Part shown: positions 46,189-55,169 of the stretch, in pieces
Position numbering within the stretch: position 1 is the first letter of the stretch
Layout: each line of letters starts with the position of its first letter
Assembly: GCA_027346925.1 (NCBI GenBank)
Contig: DAIERH010000001.1
Coordinates: 1 to 63,125 of the forward strand
Length of the DNA: 63,125 nt
From: Geobacter sp.
GTDB taxonomy: Bacteria > Desulfobacterota > Desulfuromonadia > Geobacterales > Pseudopelobacteraceae
Direction of reading: 5' to 3'
Made by a program: the position numbers and the translations under genes
Notes under the pieces: generated by a model
Told to the model about the DNA's origin: nothing
The model's input: only the letters and a program-made list of their open reading frames with translations
Database searches by the model: none

Positions 46189-47712
46189 ATGAACCACCCA
46201 AACGAGATTAAGCTGATCATCGACGACATACCGGTCGAGGTCCCCGAAGGCACCAGCGTGCTGGAGGCGGCCCTTTCCGTGGATATCACCATCCCCCACT
46301 TCTGCTGGCATCCAGCCCTGGGCAAGGCCGGGGCCTGCCGGGTCTGCGCCGTGAAGGTCCTGGAGGGTTCGCCCAGGGGGGTGCAGATGTCCTGCATGCT
46401 GCCGGCCCAGGACGGCATGGTGGTCTCCACCACCGATCCCGAGGCGGTTGCCCTGCGCAAGGGGGTGATCGAGTGGCTCATGATCAACCACCCCCATGAC
46501 TGCCCGGTCTGCGACGAGGGGGGGGAGTGCCAGCTCCAGGACTTCACCATCGCCGGCGGCCACGGGCTGCGCCGCTACGACGGCAGGAAACGCACCTACA
46601 CCAACCAGTACCTGGGCGAATACATCGAACACGAGATGAACCGCTGCATCCAGTGTTACCGCTGCGCCCGCTTCTACCAGGAGTATGCCGGCGCCACCGA
46701 TTTCGGCGTCATGGGCCGGGGCAACATGATCTACTTCGGCCGCCAGGGCGATGGCCCCCTGGAGTCCCCCTTTTCCGGCAACCTGGTGGACATCTGTCCC
46801 ACCGGGGTCTTCACCGACAAGACCGCCCGTTTCCGCGCCCGCTACTGGGACTACGACCTGGCCCCCTCGGTCTGCCCCCACTGTTCCCTGGGGTGCAACA
46901 TCACGCCCGCGGCCCGCTACCGGGAACTGCTCAAGGTGATCGCCCGCAGGAACGACAGCGTCAACGGCTGGTTCATCTGCGACCGGGGCAGGTTCTCCAA
47001 CGGGGCGGTCAACGCGCCCGAGCGGCCGCGCCAGGCCCTGGCGGACAACCGGCCGGTCAGTTGCGACGAGGCGATGGATGCCCTGCTGGAGCGGCTGACG
47101 GAATTCCTGGAGCTGAACGGTCCCGCCAGCCTGGCCATCGTCGGCTCCCCCCGCATGTCCCTGGAGGGGAACATCATGGCGGCCCGCTTGCGGGAACTGC
47201 TCGGTGCCGGCACCCTGAGCTACTTCGACGACAGACTCCAGGCCGAACGGACCATGGAGGCGGCTTCACTGCTGACCACTGCCAATGCCGCTTCGCTGGC
47301 GGATGTGCGCAAGGCCGACCTGGTGGCCATCATGGAATGCGACCTGCTGGCAGAGGCCCCCATGATGGCCCTTGCCGTGCGCCAGGCCTGGCGCGGGGGA
47401 GCGCGGGTGTACGTGGTGGGGTGTGATGTTCCCTTCGACTCCGCTCAGGGAACGAAGACGTTGGCTGAGCGGAGTCGAAGCCCAGCCTCGCCAACCCATC
47501 CAGGTCCAGACAGCGTTCCGCCAGACCGGCCAGATGCTCCACGTACCCGGCCGGGAGCGGGTTGTCCTCCGCCGTTACCAGCCCCAGGTGGCGCGAGGGG
47601 ATGGTCAGGGAGTCGTCCCGGGGTATGCAGCCGAACACGGTCACATCCGGCAACGCCTCGGCCAGTGCGTGGGTCAGCAACTCCCCGTGGGCAACGCTGC
47701 CCACATTGTTGA
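46189..47712 (+). CDS. NuoG-like Fe-S subunit; family similarity ends near 47421, so apparently 3'-truncated
   Basis: [15 protein letters not shown] (2Fe-2S), [41 protein letters not shown], then the start of a molybdopterin-type domain up to ARVYVVG. The last about 95 codons are Pro/Arg-rich read-through antisense to the cbiA-like gene. Confidence 0.6.
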   Translation: MNHPNEIKLIIDDIPVEVPEGTSVLEAALSVDITIPHFCWHPALGKAGACRVCAVKVLEGSPRGVQMSCMLPAQDGMVVSTTDPEAVALRKGVIEWLMINHPHDCPVCDEGGECQLQDFTIAGGHGLRRYDGRKRTYTNQYLGEYIEHEMNRCIQCYRCARFYQEYAGATDFGVMGRGNMIYFGRQGDGPLESPFSGNLVDICPTGVFTDKTARFRARYWDYDLAPSVCPHCSLGCNITPAARYRELLKVIARRNDSVNGWFICDRGRFSNGAVNAPERPRQALADNRPVSCDEAMDALLERLTEFLELNGPASLAIVGSPRMSLEGNIMAARLRELLGAGTLSYFDDRLQAERTMEAASLLTTANAASLADVRKADLVAIMECDLLAEAPMMALAVRQAWRGGARVYVVGCDVPFDSAQGTKTLAERSRSPASPTHPGPDSVPPDRPDAPRTRPGAGCPPPLPAPGGARGWSGSRPGVCSRTRSHPATPRPVRGSATPRGQRCPHC

Positions 47713-48163
47713 AGATCACACCCCCCACCCGCACCCGCGGGTCGAAACCGGCAAACCCCTTGACCAGGGCCGCCGCGCTGGCCGCCATGCCGCGGCTGTT
47801 GACCACCAGCACCACCGGGGTGGCGGTGATGGCAGCCACCTGGGCGCTGCTCCCCTGCATCGGGGAAGCCCCCAGGCCGTCGAACAGCCCCATCGCCCCC
47901 TCGATCACCGCTACATCGGCTTCGGCCGCGTGCAGGCGGAAGGTGTCGGCTACGAATGCCCCGGGGCACATCCAGCCGTCCAGGTTGATGGATGGGCGGC
48001 CGCAGACCAGGCGGTGATAACCGGGATCGATGAAGTCGGGGCCGCACTTGAAGGGCGCCACAGCCAAGCCGCGCCGCCCCAGGGCCGCCATGACGGCCAG
48101 GGCCACGGTGGTCTTGCCCGAGCCGCTCTGGGGCGCGGCTATGAGGAAACCTTTGGTTGTCAT
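47330..48163 (-). CDS. cobyrinate a,c-diamide synthase-like ATPase domain only (glutamine amidotransferase half absent)
   Basis: [16 protein letters not shown]-loop, [37 protein letters not shown]. Similarity ends at ...[10 protein letters not shown] (about 47480), and the last 50 codons are antisense read-through of the nuoG-like gene. Confidence 0.55.
   Translation of the reverse strand: MTTKGFLIAAPQSGSGKTTVALAVMAALGRRGLAVAPFKCGPDFIDPGYHRLVCGRPSINLDGWMCPGAFVADTFRLHAAEADVAVIEGAMGLFDGLGASPMQGSSAQVAAITATPVVLVVNSRGMAASAAALVKGFAGFDPRVRVGGVIFNNVGSVAHGELLTHALAEALPDVTVFGCIPRDDSLTIPSRHLGLVTAEDNPLPAGYVEHLAGLAERCLDLDGLARLGFDSAQPTSSFPERSRREHHTPPRTPALPRARPGARQGPSWGPLPAGRIP
47433..47480. repeat. perfect 16-bp inverted repeat with 16-nt loop at the junction of two truncated convergent genes
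   Basis: CTTCGACTCCGCTCAG (47433-47448) and CTGAGCGGAGTCGAAG (47465-47480). Both ORFs read FDSAQ through it. Confidence 0.8.
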
Positions 48164-48236
48164 ATCATAGGGTCATGGCCCCCGCCTCGATAAGGAGGCC
48201 CCACAGGGCCTGAAGGAGTTGGGGGTGGTGAGTGGT

Positions 48237-49070
48237 TCACCTGAGCGACCTGCGGGCCCCGCCGTACTGGAAGAAGGCGATCAGATGAAACTCGTCCTTG
48301 GTGTATCCCTTGGGGAAGGCGCCCACCGGACCAACCTCCCTGAGGGTGCGCAGCACCTCGTCATCCAGAATCCTGCTGCCGGAACTCTCCAGCAGTTGCA
48401 CATGTATGATCTCGCCGCGGCGGTTGAAGGTGATCTTGACCGGCGTAATCCCCTCGATGCCATTGTTGGCCGCCTCGGCCGGATAGCGCCAGACGCCGTA
48501 GACGGCCGTCTCGAAACGGCGCAGGAAAGAGCCGAACAGGATGTCGTCGCTGTTGAGGAACTTAGTATCCCCCTCGGCAACGTCGCTCTCGAACTTGCGG
48601 CGATAGGTATCCTCCAGCTTGGCCATCCGGTTGGCGCCGGGAAAGAGTTGCGCCTGACTCGGCAGTTGGGCGACCTGCCGCCGCGGCCGCAGCAGGCTCG
48701 ATACCGACGACCCCGGGGTCAGGGGGGCTTGGGGGGCTGCCTTGCCCACCTCGCGCTGCAGCGGCGATGGCTGCTGCCGGACGGAGGGGCGTTGGGGCGC
48801 CGGGGCGGGAGCGGTTTCGCGGGGGCTTGTACCACGGGGCGCGGTCTCCCGCTCCACCCGCATGCGCTGGTCCGAGAAACGCTTCACCTCCTGCTGGGTG
48901 GGCCGCTGGGGCTTCAGTTCGGGCATCTGCTGCAGGTCGATGAAGACCGGCTCCTTGGGGCGCTGCCTGGCTTCGGGCAGATAGTAGAGCAGGGCGAACA
49001 CACCCACGTGGATCAGCAGCGAAACGGCCAGCAGGTAGAGGAATGATTTTTCGATATATCTGTCAGACAT
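48237..49070 (-). CDS. TonB-family protein (N-terminal TM anchor, Pro-rich linker, TonB_C domain)
   Basis: LLIHVGVFALL anchor, Pro/Gln-rich middle, and C-terminal GITPVKITFNRRGEIIHVQLLESSGSRILDDEVLRTLREVGP. Confidence 0.7.
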   Translation of the reverse strand: MSDRYIEKSFLYLLAVSLLIHVGVFALLYYLPEARQRPKEPVFIDLQQMPELKPQRPTQQEVKRFSDQRMRVERETAPRGTSPRETAPAPAPQRPSVRQQPSPLQREVGKAAPQAPLTPGSSVSSLLRPRRQVAQLPSQAQLFPGANRMAKLEDTYRRKFESDVAEGDTKFLNSDDILFGSFLRRFETAVYGVWRYPAEAANNGIEGITPVKITFNRRGEIIHVQLLESSGSRILDDEVLRTLREVGPVGAFPKGYTKDEFHLIAFFQYGGARRSLR

Positions 49071-49129
49071 GAATGGTGTTGGTCCGTAACATAGGGATAC
49101 GCCGGCGCGAAAACCGCTGGCGGTGCATA

Positions 49130-49978
49130 TCAGCCGCCCGCCGGTACATACTGGAAGCTCTGGTCGTAGTCATGCTCCTGGTCGTCAACCCGCTTCCAGG
49201 TCTCCTTGCGGAGAAACGCCAGGATCTCAAGCAGGCTCTCGAAGACGATGCGTTCTCCCTTGGGAAACTCCGCCGGACTCAGCTCCAGGGTCACCGTGTC
49301 CCGGTAGTCGGTATTGCGCAGGTGATTCAGAAAGCGGGTCAGCGGCAGGATGCCGTGCCCCGGCAGCAGGTGCTCCCGTCCGTGGCCGTAATCGGAGAAA
49401 TGGATGTTCCTGATGCGGCCGCTCTCGTAGCACAGGTAGAAGTCATTGATGAAATTGGTCTTGCCCGAGCCCATGTGGGTGCAGTCGAAGGTCATGAACA
49501 GGTTGTGTTCCTTGATAAAGTCGATCATGCGCTGGGTGTTGGAGAGGATATGGGGGTTGATCTTCATCTTTCCCACCCAGGGCATGTTCTCGATGGTGAC
49601 GATCACCCGTCCGTCCAGTCCCACCTCTTTCTGAAAGTCGCGGATAGCGTAGAGCCAGCGCAAAAAGCCGATCTCGAAGCCCATCCAGGAGGGGGGATGG
49701 AAATTGACCAGCCTGATACCGCACTCGGCAGCCAGCGCAATGCTGCGCTTGAGCGAATCCACCGGTCCGCCCCAGCCGTCCAGGGGCATGAAGGGGGCAT
49801 GGATGGAATGGATCGTGGTGATTTCCTGCAGGGATGAAATCAATCTGACCGGGTTTACCTTCTGAAAATCCTGGTTGATGATCAGTTCAACCCCGTCGAA
49901 ACCGACTTCTGCGGCCATTTCGAACACCCTGGGCAACGGCATGGTAAAGAGCGTGCCCGTGGAAAGGGAGATCAGCAT
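49130..49978 (-). CDS. sugar phosphate isomerase/epimerase (xylose isomerase-like TIM barrel)
   Basis: C-terminal 282 aa of track ORF 49130..50611, starting MLISLSTGTLF. GFDGVELI, IHAPF, TIENM, HFSDY. Confidence 0.7.
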   Translation of the reverse strand: MLISLSTGTLFTMPLPRVFEMAAEVGFDGVELIINQDFQKVNPVRLISSLQEITTIHSIHAPFMPLDGWGGPVDSLKRSIALAAECGIRLVNFHPPSWMGFEIGFLRWLYAIRDFQKEVGLDGRVIVTIENMPWVGKMKINPHILSNTQRMIDFIKEHNLFMTFDCTHMGSGKTNFINDFYLCYESGRIRNIHFSDYGHGREHLLPGHGILPLTRFLNHLRNTDYRDTVTLELSPAEFPKGERIVFESLLEILAFLRKETWKRVDDQEHDYDQSFQYVPAGG

Positions 49979-49983
49979 GCCGT

Positions 49984-51222
49984 CTACTCCTCCCCCTCGC
50001 TGAAGGTGATGGCGACATGCCGCTGGATGACATCGACCGCTTCGAGCGCCTCGCGAAATCGCTCCATGTCCGCGTCCGAAAGGGCATCGGGGGAAAAATA
50101 AAGCGACGACCGCCCGGCCGTGTCCGGGAACAGGTCTCCCTCGCGGGCCAGCCGAAGCTCGCTCAGGGTATGCCAGGCATCCAACAGCCGCTCGGCCAAC
50201 TCCACATTCAGTTTCCTGCCCGCGAGCAATTCGCGGATGCGCTGGGGGGTGCCGACGCCCGTACCCCCCATCATCAAAGAGAGTGCCGCAACCGATGCCG
50301 TGAGCGGCAGCAGGGCGTGATCGAACAGGGCGAACAGACCGCGATGGGGGCCGCTCCGCTCCAGGCGCAGCCCCCCCATGAGGCCGACGCCGTTGGAGAG
50401 CGCCAGAATCCGTGTCACCAGAAAGGCCAGGGTGGCGCGGCTCTTTCGCAACAATGCCGTGCACAGGTCGCGAAACTCCTGTTCCAGCCCGTTGGCGGAG
50501 AAAAGTGCGGCCTGGTCGGCCAAACGGAGCAGGTCCACCAGTTCTGCCGGCTCCCCACCCTCCAGCCCCGCTATCAGCCGTTGCCGCCATTGGACGAGGG
50601 TGCCGCACCACTCGGGGTTGCGGGGCGTTATGGTCGCATCCGGGTGCAGTCCGGCGGCCTCGAAGACCTCATGAAGGGCAAGACCGAGCATTTCCGGCAG
50701 TTCGGCGGTCGGGGGATCGGCCTCACCATGGACCAGCAGCAGTTGCGGGTTGCAAAACGGCGAAAATTCGTGGCGTCCGGTCGGTCCCAGGGCAATCAGC
50801 GCAAGGGGCGGAAGCCTGTCGGCCGACAGGCCCAAACGTCCCAGGGCGCAGCCAAGCGCCGACCTGGCCACGACCTCGAGAAACGCCCCGCTGAGCCGGT
50901 AAAAGGCCGGGGCCGAGAGGTTTGACCCGAACAGGGCATAGCAGGAGCCGTAGAACTCCCGGACCCCCCCCCCGAGGCGGGCAGGTTCGGTAACGCCCGA
51001 GGCATCATCCATAAGGCACCCTACCGCGGCCAGGGCGGTATCATGTTCCGTTGCGCGTCGTTCCAGTTCCTGTCCAACGCCCCCCAACAACGCCTCGAAT
51101 TGCTCCGAGGTCAGCAAGGCGGATTTGCCGAGCAGCACCTGCCGGAACAGGAGGCCGAACTCTCCGGCCTCCCGCCAGGCAGTGACATCATTTCCCTTGG
51201 TTGAAATGACGATCGGCATCAT
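49984..51222 (-). CDS. DUF294-like putative nucleotidyltransferase with degenerate active site, plus DUF294_C-like helical domain
   Basis: LIALGPTGRHEFSPFCNPQLLLV aligns to the GlnD/DUF294 NTase motif G-x-x-G-R-x-E-x-x-P-x-S-D-x-D with S/D/D replaced by C/N/Q. 4-nt start/stop overlap with the symporter gene. Confidence 0.55.
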   Translation of the reverse strand: MMPIVISTKGNDVTAWREAGEFGLLFRQVLLGKSALLTSEQFEALLGGVGQELERRATEHDTALAAVGCLMDDASGVTEPARLGGGVREFYGSCYALFGSNLSAPAFYRLSGAFLEVVARSALGCALGRLGLSADRLPPLALIALGPTGRHEFSPFCNPQLLLVHGEADPPTAELPEMLGLALHEVFEAAGLHPDATITPRNPEWCGTLVQWRQRLIAGLEGGEPAELVDLLRLADQAALFSANGLEQEFRDLCTALLRKSRATLAFLVTRILALSNGVGLMGGLRLERSGPHRGLFALFDHALLPLTASVAALSLMMGGTGVGTPQRIRELLAGRKLNVELAERLLDAWHTLSELRLAREGDLFPDTAGRSSLYFSPDALSDADMERFREALEAVDVIQRHVAITFSEGEE

Positions 51223-52751
51223 TCCTCCGGTGATTCATGCACGTTGTGGCTCAAAAAGGAACGAATCTCCTTCGAGGGTGGCGGGGTCATCAGCGAAACC
51301 GCGATCATGACGGCCAGTACCACCGGCGCGCCCAGAAAGGCCGAAGATGTGGCCGGAAACAGCAGGCTGATGATTGGTACGGACGTACCCGCCACGAGCG
51401 GGGCGAAGGTGATCAGCACCCCTGTCAGCATGCCGCTGATCACCCCGGCGGCATTGGCCCTCCCCCACCAGATACCCAGCAGGAAGGCGGGGAAGATGGT
51501 GTTGCCGGCCAGGGCAAAGGCCAGGGCCGCGATCTCGGCGATCATCATGGCGGTGGGACGCAGGGACAGCCCCAAAGCCACCAGCGCCAGCACCAGGAAA
51601 AACCCCTTGGCGGCATAGACCTTGTCCGTCTCCGAGGCATTGGGACGTATCAGCCGGGGGTAGATATCGTAGGAGAACGAGGCCGAGCCGGTCAGGATCA
51701 GCCCTGTCACGGTGGAAAAGGCGGCGCTCAACCCTCCCGCCACCAGGAGTCCCGTCACCCACTGGGGAAGACCGCCGTTCAGGGCCGCGGAGAGCACCGC
51801 CATGTCGGCCGCCTTCGGGTCCGTAACGGTGAAGGGGAAGCCGCCGCGCGCCTCGAACAGCCGCGCCAGCACGCCATAGGCCGGTGCGGACCAGTAGATC
51901 AGGGCGATGAAGAACAGGCCCCATACCACTCCCCAACGGGCATCGCGGATACCCGGCACCATGTAGAAACGGGAGAGCACATGGGGCAGGCCGGCCGTAC
52001 CGAACATGAGCGTGAAGCAGAGGGAGAACCAGGCAAAGGGGGAATCGCCGGTCAATGGCCGGGCCCAGGAAAAGTCGAACTGCTGTTGCAGGTCGGAGAT
52101 GGCGGCGCCGTAGCCGAACTGGGGCAGAAGCCAGAAGTAGCCCAGTTTGCAGTTGAGCAGCATCAGCGGCAGGATAAAGGTGATGATCAGCACGAAGTAC
52201 TGCAGTTTCTGGTTGCGGGCCACCCCCATGGTTCCGGATACGACCACGAATCCGACCACCAGCGAGGCACCCACGATCACTGCCGGGGTGTAACCGATGC
52301 CGAACAGCCACGACACCAACAGGGCGATGCCGCGGAATTGCGCCACGCTGTAGATGACGGCGATGACGATGGCGATGAGCGCCGCCAGGGTGCGGGCCAC
52401 CTCGGATTCATAGCGGAAACCGACGAAATCCGGGGCGGTGTACTTGCCGAAACGCCTGATCTGGGTGGCCATCAGCACCAGCAGAAGCACATAGCCGCCG
52501 GTCCACCCCACCACATAGGCCGTGGCGGAATACCCCTTCAGATAAAACATCCCCGCCAGTCCCAGGAAACTGGCCGCGCTCATCCAGTTGCTGGCAATGG
52601 CGGCCCCGATCCCCACCCGGCCGGTATATCCGCCGGTAAAGCCGTATTCGGATGTCTGCCGTGTCCTGGTGCGCACGCCCGAGAGGATGAACAGCGCAAA
52701 CATGCCGGCCACGATGGCCAGGGGGAGCAGTTGTACCGTGGATGGGGCCAT
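51219..52751 (-). CDS. sodium:solute symporter family large subunit (VC_2705-like)
   Basis: 510 aa, about 13-14 TM, SSF-type. Start codon immediately follows the stop of the DUF4212 gene. Confidence 0.8.
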   Translation of the reverse strand: MAPSTVQLLPLAIVAGMFALFILSGVRTRTRQTSEYGFTGGYTGRVGIGAAIASNWMSAASFLGLAGMFYLKGYSATAYVVGWTGGYVLLLVLMATQIRRFGKYTAPDFVGFRYESEVARTLAALIAIVIAVIYSVAQFRGIALLVSWLFGIGYTPAVIVGASLVVGFVVVSGTMGVARNQKLQYFVLIITFILPLMLLNCKLGYFWLLPQFGYGAAISDLQQQFDFSWARPLTGDSPFAWFSLCFTLMFGTAGLPHVLSRFYMVPGIRDARWGVVWGLFFIALIYWSAPAYGVLARLFEARGGFPFTVTDPKAADMAVLSAALNGGLPQWVTGLLVAGGLSAAFSTVTGLILTGSASFSYDIYPRLIRPNASETDKVYAAKGFFLVLALVALGLSLRPTAMMIAEIAALAFALAGNTIFPAFLLGIWWGRANAAGVISGMLTGVLITFAPLVAGTSVPIISLLFPATSSAFLGAPVVLAVMIAVSLMTPPPSKEIRSFLSHNVHESPEE

Positions 52752-53096
52752 CTATTCCTCCCCGTTGGAACCGGTGCGGCTCCGAAAACGCATGGTGCCG
52801 TCCAGATCCCGGCTGGCATGCCGGTCCATCCAGATGTTGAACACCACGCAGAGGATGATGAACCAGAGCGGCAAAAACTGGCCGGTCAGCCAGCAGGGGA
52901 TCGGCAGGTTGAAGAGGGTCCATTGCGACAGAATGCCCTTCCGGACCGAGTGCACCAGCAGATATACCAGGCTCTGGGAGCCTACGATGGCCAGCAGCCA
53001 TCCCGCCAGCACCAGCGTGATCAGCCGGGTTTCCCCCCTCATGACCGTCCCGCGGGGCCTGAAAAAATTGACGTCGTTACATCCACGTTTCGACAT
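52752..53096 (-). CDS. DUF4212 solute:sodium symporter small subunit
   Basis: MSKRGCNDVNFFRPRGTVMRGETRLITLVLAGWLLAIV... with 2 TM. ATG at 53096 follows GGGAGAAAACC. Confidence 0.7.
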   Translation of the reverse strand: MSKRGCNDVNFFRPRGTVMRGETRLITLVLAGWLLAIVGSQSLVYLLVHSVRKGILSQWTLFNLPIPCWLTGQFLPLWFIILCVVFNIWMDRHASRDLDGTMRFRSRTGSNGEE

Positions 53097-53116
53097 GGTT
53101 TTCTCCCGCTTTGTAT

Positions 53117-53169
53117 GTAGGGGTGCTGCTTGCCGCGCCCCGATTGGGCGGAGCAAGCGCCGCCCCTAC
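53117..53169. repeat. REP-like palindromic element GTAGGGG...CCCCTAC
   Basis: GTAGGGGTGCTGCTTGCCGCGCC / GGCGGAGCAAGCGCCGCCCCTAC, about 17/23 complementary. The right arm contains the trmB stop codon. Confidence 0.6.
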
Positions 53170-53831
53170 ACGACCCTTTTCCGGTACTGCACGAAATAGA
53201 TACGTTTCCCCTCGGCCATGAACTTGCGCATGTACTTGGACAGGGGATACCCCGTCACCTCATGGCGGAAGATGTCGGGGGCCAGGCAATTTTCAAAACC
53301 GCCCATGGCGGGCATCATCCGGGCCACATCCTCGCCGTAGTCGTCGAAATCGGTGGCAAAGTGAAACTCCGCCCCGGGCTGCATGAACCCCGCAAGGAAA
53401 TTCACAAACTCGGCATTCACCAATCTGCGCTTGCGGTGGCGTGTCTTGGGCCAGGGGTCGGGGCAGTTGACGATTACCCCCTGAAGCGACCCGGGCGGGA
53501 TGCACCGCACCAGGAAGCCACGCGCCTCGTCCCGCACCACCCGTACGTTGGTCAGCCCCGCCGAAGCGATGCGCTTGCAGGTCTTCAGGCACCCCTTATT
53601 GTAATAGTCCACGGCAATAAAATTCCGGTCGGGATGCATGGTCGCCATCTGCGTCACGAAATCTCCGATACCACAGCCGATTTCAAGGATCAAGGGGTTC
53701 TGGCTTCCGAAAATCCCGGCCCAGTCGGGCATGGCGGTCAGCAGTTCGGAGCCCAGGAAATGGGGGGAGGTTATGGGGATCAGGTTCACGACATCCGCCT
53801 CGGGTTGCATAGTACCGTGGCAACGTAGCAC
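53166..53831 (-). CDS. trmB: tRNA (guanine-N7)-methyltransferase
   Basis: [14 protein letters not shown] motif, [15 protein letters not shown]-like [16 protein letters not shown]. Confidence 0.85.
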   Translation of the reverse strand: MLRCHGTMQPEADVVNLIPITSPHFLGSELLTAMPDWAGIFGSQNPLILEIGCGIGDFVTQMATMHPDRNFIAVDYYNKGCLKTCKRIASAGLTNVRVVRDEARGFLVRCIPPGSLQGVIVNCPDPWPKTRHRKRRLVNAEFVNFLAGFMQPGAEFHFATDFDDYGEDVARMMPAMGGFENCLAPDIFRHEVTGYPLSKYMRKFMAEGKRIYFVQYRKRVV

Positions 53832-54016
53832 AATTCACGGCGACATTCATCGCTTTTTGCAACTGTACACAAAAAACGCGGCCAGCGGCAAGGCTAAACA
53901 GACACCGCCACCGGCTGGCGGGGAACAGACGGCCGGGGCTGGGAGCGAATTATTCCGGTTAACATTTTTTCCTCGCTGTGGTATAGACGTCGAGATTGTA
54001 CGGAACGGGAGACCCT

Positions 54017-54298
54017 ATGGAAATTTTCGGCGGTTTCATGGTGATGATGAGCATACTCAGTTTTTTCATGGCCGTGGTGTGGCTGATCATGCCGTTCGTG
54101 GTTTTCACCATCAAGGGGAAGCTGGACAGGACCCTGGATGTGCTGGCGGGGGTTGAACGGCGTCTGGCCGCAATCGAGGCGCAGCTGGGCGCGTTGCAGC
54201 GCGGGCCGTGCTCCCCGCCTCCTCCCCTGACGACCGAAGAAGCGGCTCCAACCGCCAAGCGGGAGTCCCCGGAGGACACATCATTACCCCTTGCCTGA
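54017..54298 (+). CDS. small membrane protein (one or two TM, coiled-coil, Pro-rich tail), function unknown
   Basis: MEIFGGFMVMMSILSFFMAVVWLIMPFVVF... The ATG follows GGGAG. No family recognised. Confidence 0.45.
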   Translation: MEIFGGFMVMMSILSFFMAVVWLIMPFVVFTIKGKLDRTLDVLAGVERRLAAIEAQLGALQRGPCSPPPPLTTEEAAPTAKRESPEDTSLPLA

Positions 54299-54347
54299 CA
54301 GGCAATTTCTGGTACTATAACGTATTCGATTCTCATTCGGACGGAGG

Positions 54348-55124
54348 TTGGTCGCAATGGTGTTGCAGGGCAAAAAAGCGCTTATATTCGGTATCGCCAA
54401 CGACAAAAGCATTGCGTGGGCCATTGCCAAAATGTTTCGCGAGCAGGGCGCGGAACTGGCCATCACCTATGCGGGCGAGGCCTTCGAGAAACGGGTCCGC
54501 CCCCTGGCGGAGTCGCTGAACGCTCAAGCGATACTGCCCTGCAACGTTACCAGCGACGACGAGATCAAAGCGGTCTTCAGCGAACTGGGCAAGGTCTGGG
54601 ACGGCATCGACATCATCGTCCACTCGGTGGCCTTCGCCAACAAGGAAGAACTCAAGGGGACCATCCTCAACACCACCCGTGAAGGCTTTGCCACCGCCAT
54701 GGACATCAGTGTCTACTCCTTCCTGGGGATCATGAAGGAGGCCCGCCAGATGGTGCAGGGACGCCACGCCTCGGCCCTGACCATGAGCTACTACGGCGCG
54801 GTCAAGGTATTCCCCAGCTACAACGTCATGGGTATCGCCAAGGCGGCCCTGGAGTCATCGGTGCGCTACCTGGCCGAGGCATACGGACCGGAAGGGGTCC
54901 GGGTCAACGCCATCTCGGCCGGCCCCATCCGTACCCTGGCCGCCGCGGGCGTGAACGGCTTCCACAACATCCTCAACCACGTGGAAGCCAAGGCCCCCCT
55001 GCGGCGCACCATCACCCAGGAGGACGTGGCCCGCTCGGCGGTCTACCTGTGCAGCGACCTGGCCAGCGGCGTCACCGGCGAGATACATTACGTGGACGGC
55101 GGCTACAACGTAATCGGTCTTTAA
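54348..55124 (+). CDS. fabI: enoyl-[acyl-carrier-protein] reductase (NADH)
   Basis: GKKALIFGIANDKSIAWAIAK, SYYGA, MGIAKAALE, SAGPIRT. Confidence 0.9.
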   Translation: MVAMVLQGKKALIFGIANDKSIAWAIAKMFREQGAELAITYAGEAFEKRVRPLAESLNAQAILPCNVTSDDEIKAVFSELGKVWDGIDIIVHSVAFANKEELKGTILNTTREGFATAMDISVYSFLGIMKEARQMVQGRHASALTMSYYGAVKVFPSYNVMGIAKAALESSVRYLAEAYGPEGVRVNAISAGPIRTLAAAGVNGFHNILNHVEAKAPLRRTITQEDVARSAVYLCSDLASGVTGEIHYVDGGYNVIGL

Positions 55125-55169
55125 CCCCGGAGCCTTCCCATCAAAGAACCCTTCGGCAACCTTGCAGGC

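Noticed and set aside
44824-46881. 685-aa minus-strand ORF
   Set aside because: It is antisense to nuoF and the nuoG-like gene, which carry unmistakable cofactor motifs. The composition is low-complexity Gly/Ala/Val/Pro, typical of shadow ORFs in GC-rich DNA.
51237-53120. 627-aa plus-strand ORF
   Set aside because: It is antisense to the sodium:solute symporter and DUF4212 genes. It is highly charged Gly/His/Gln/Arg-rich junk.
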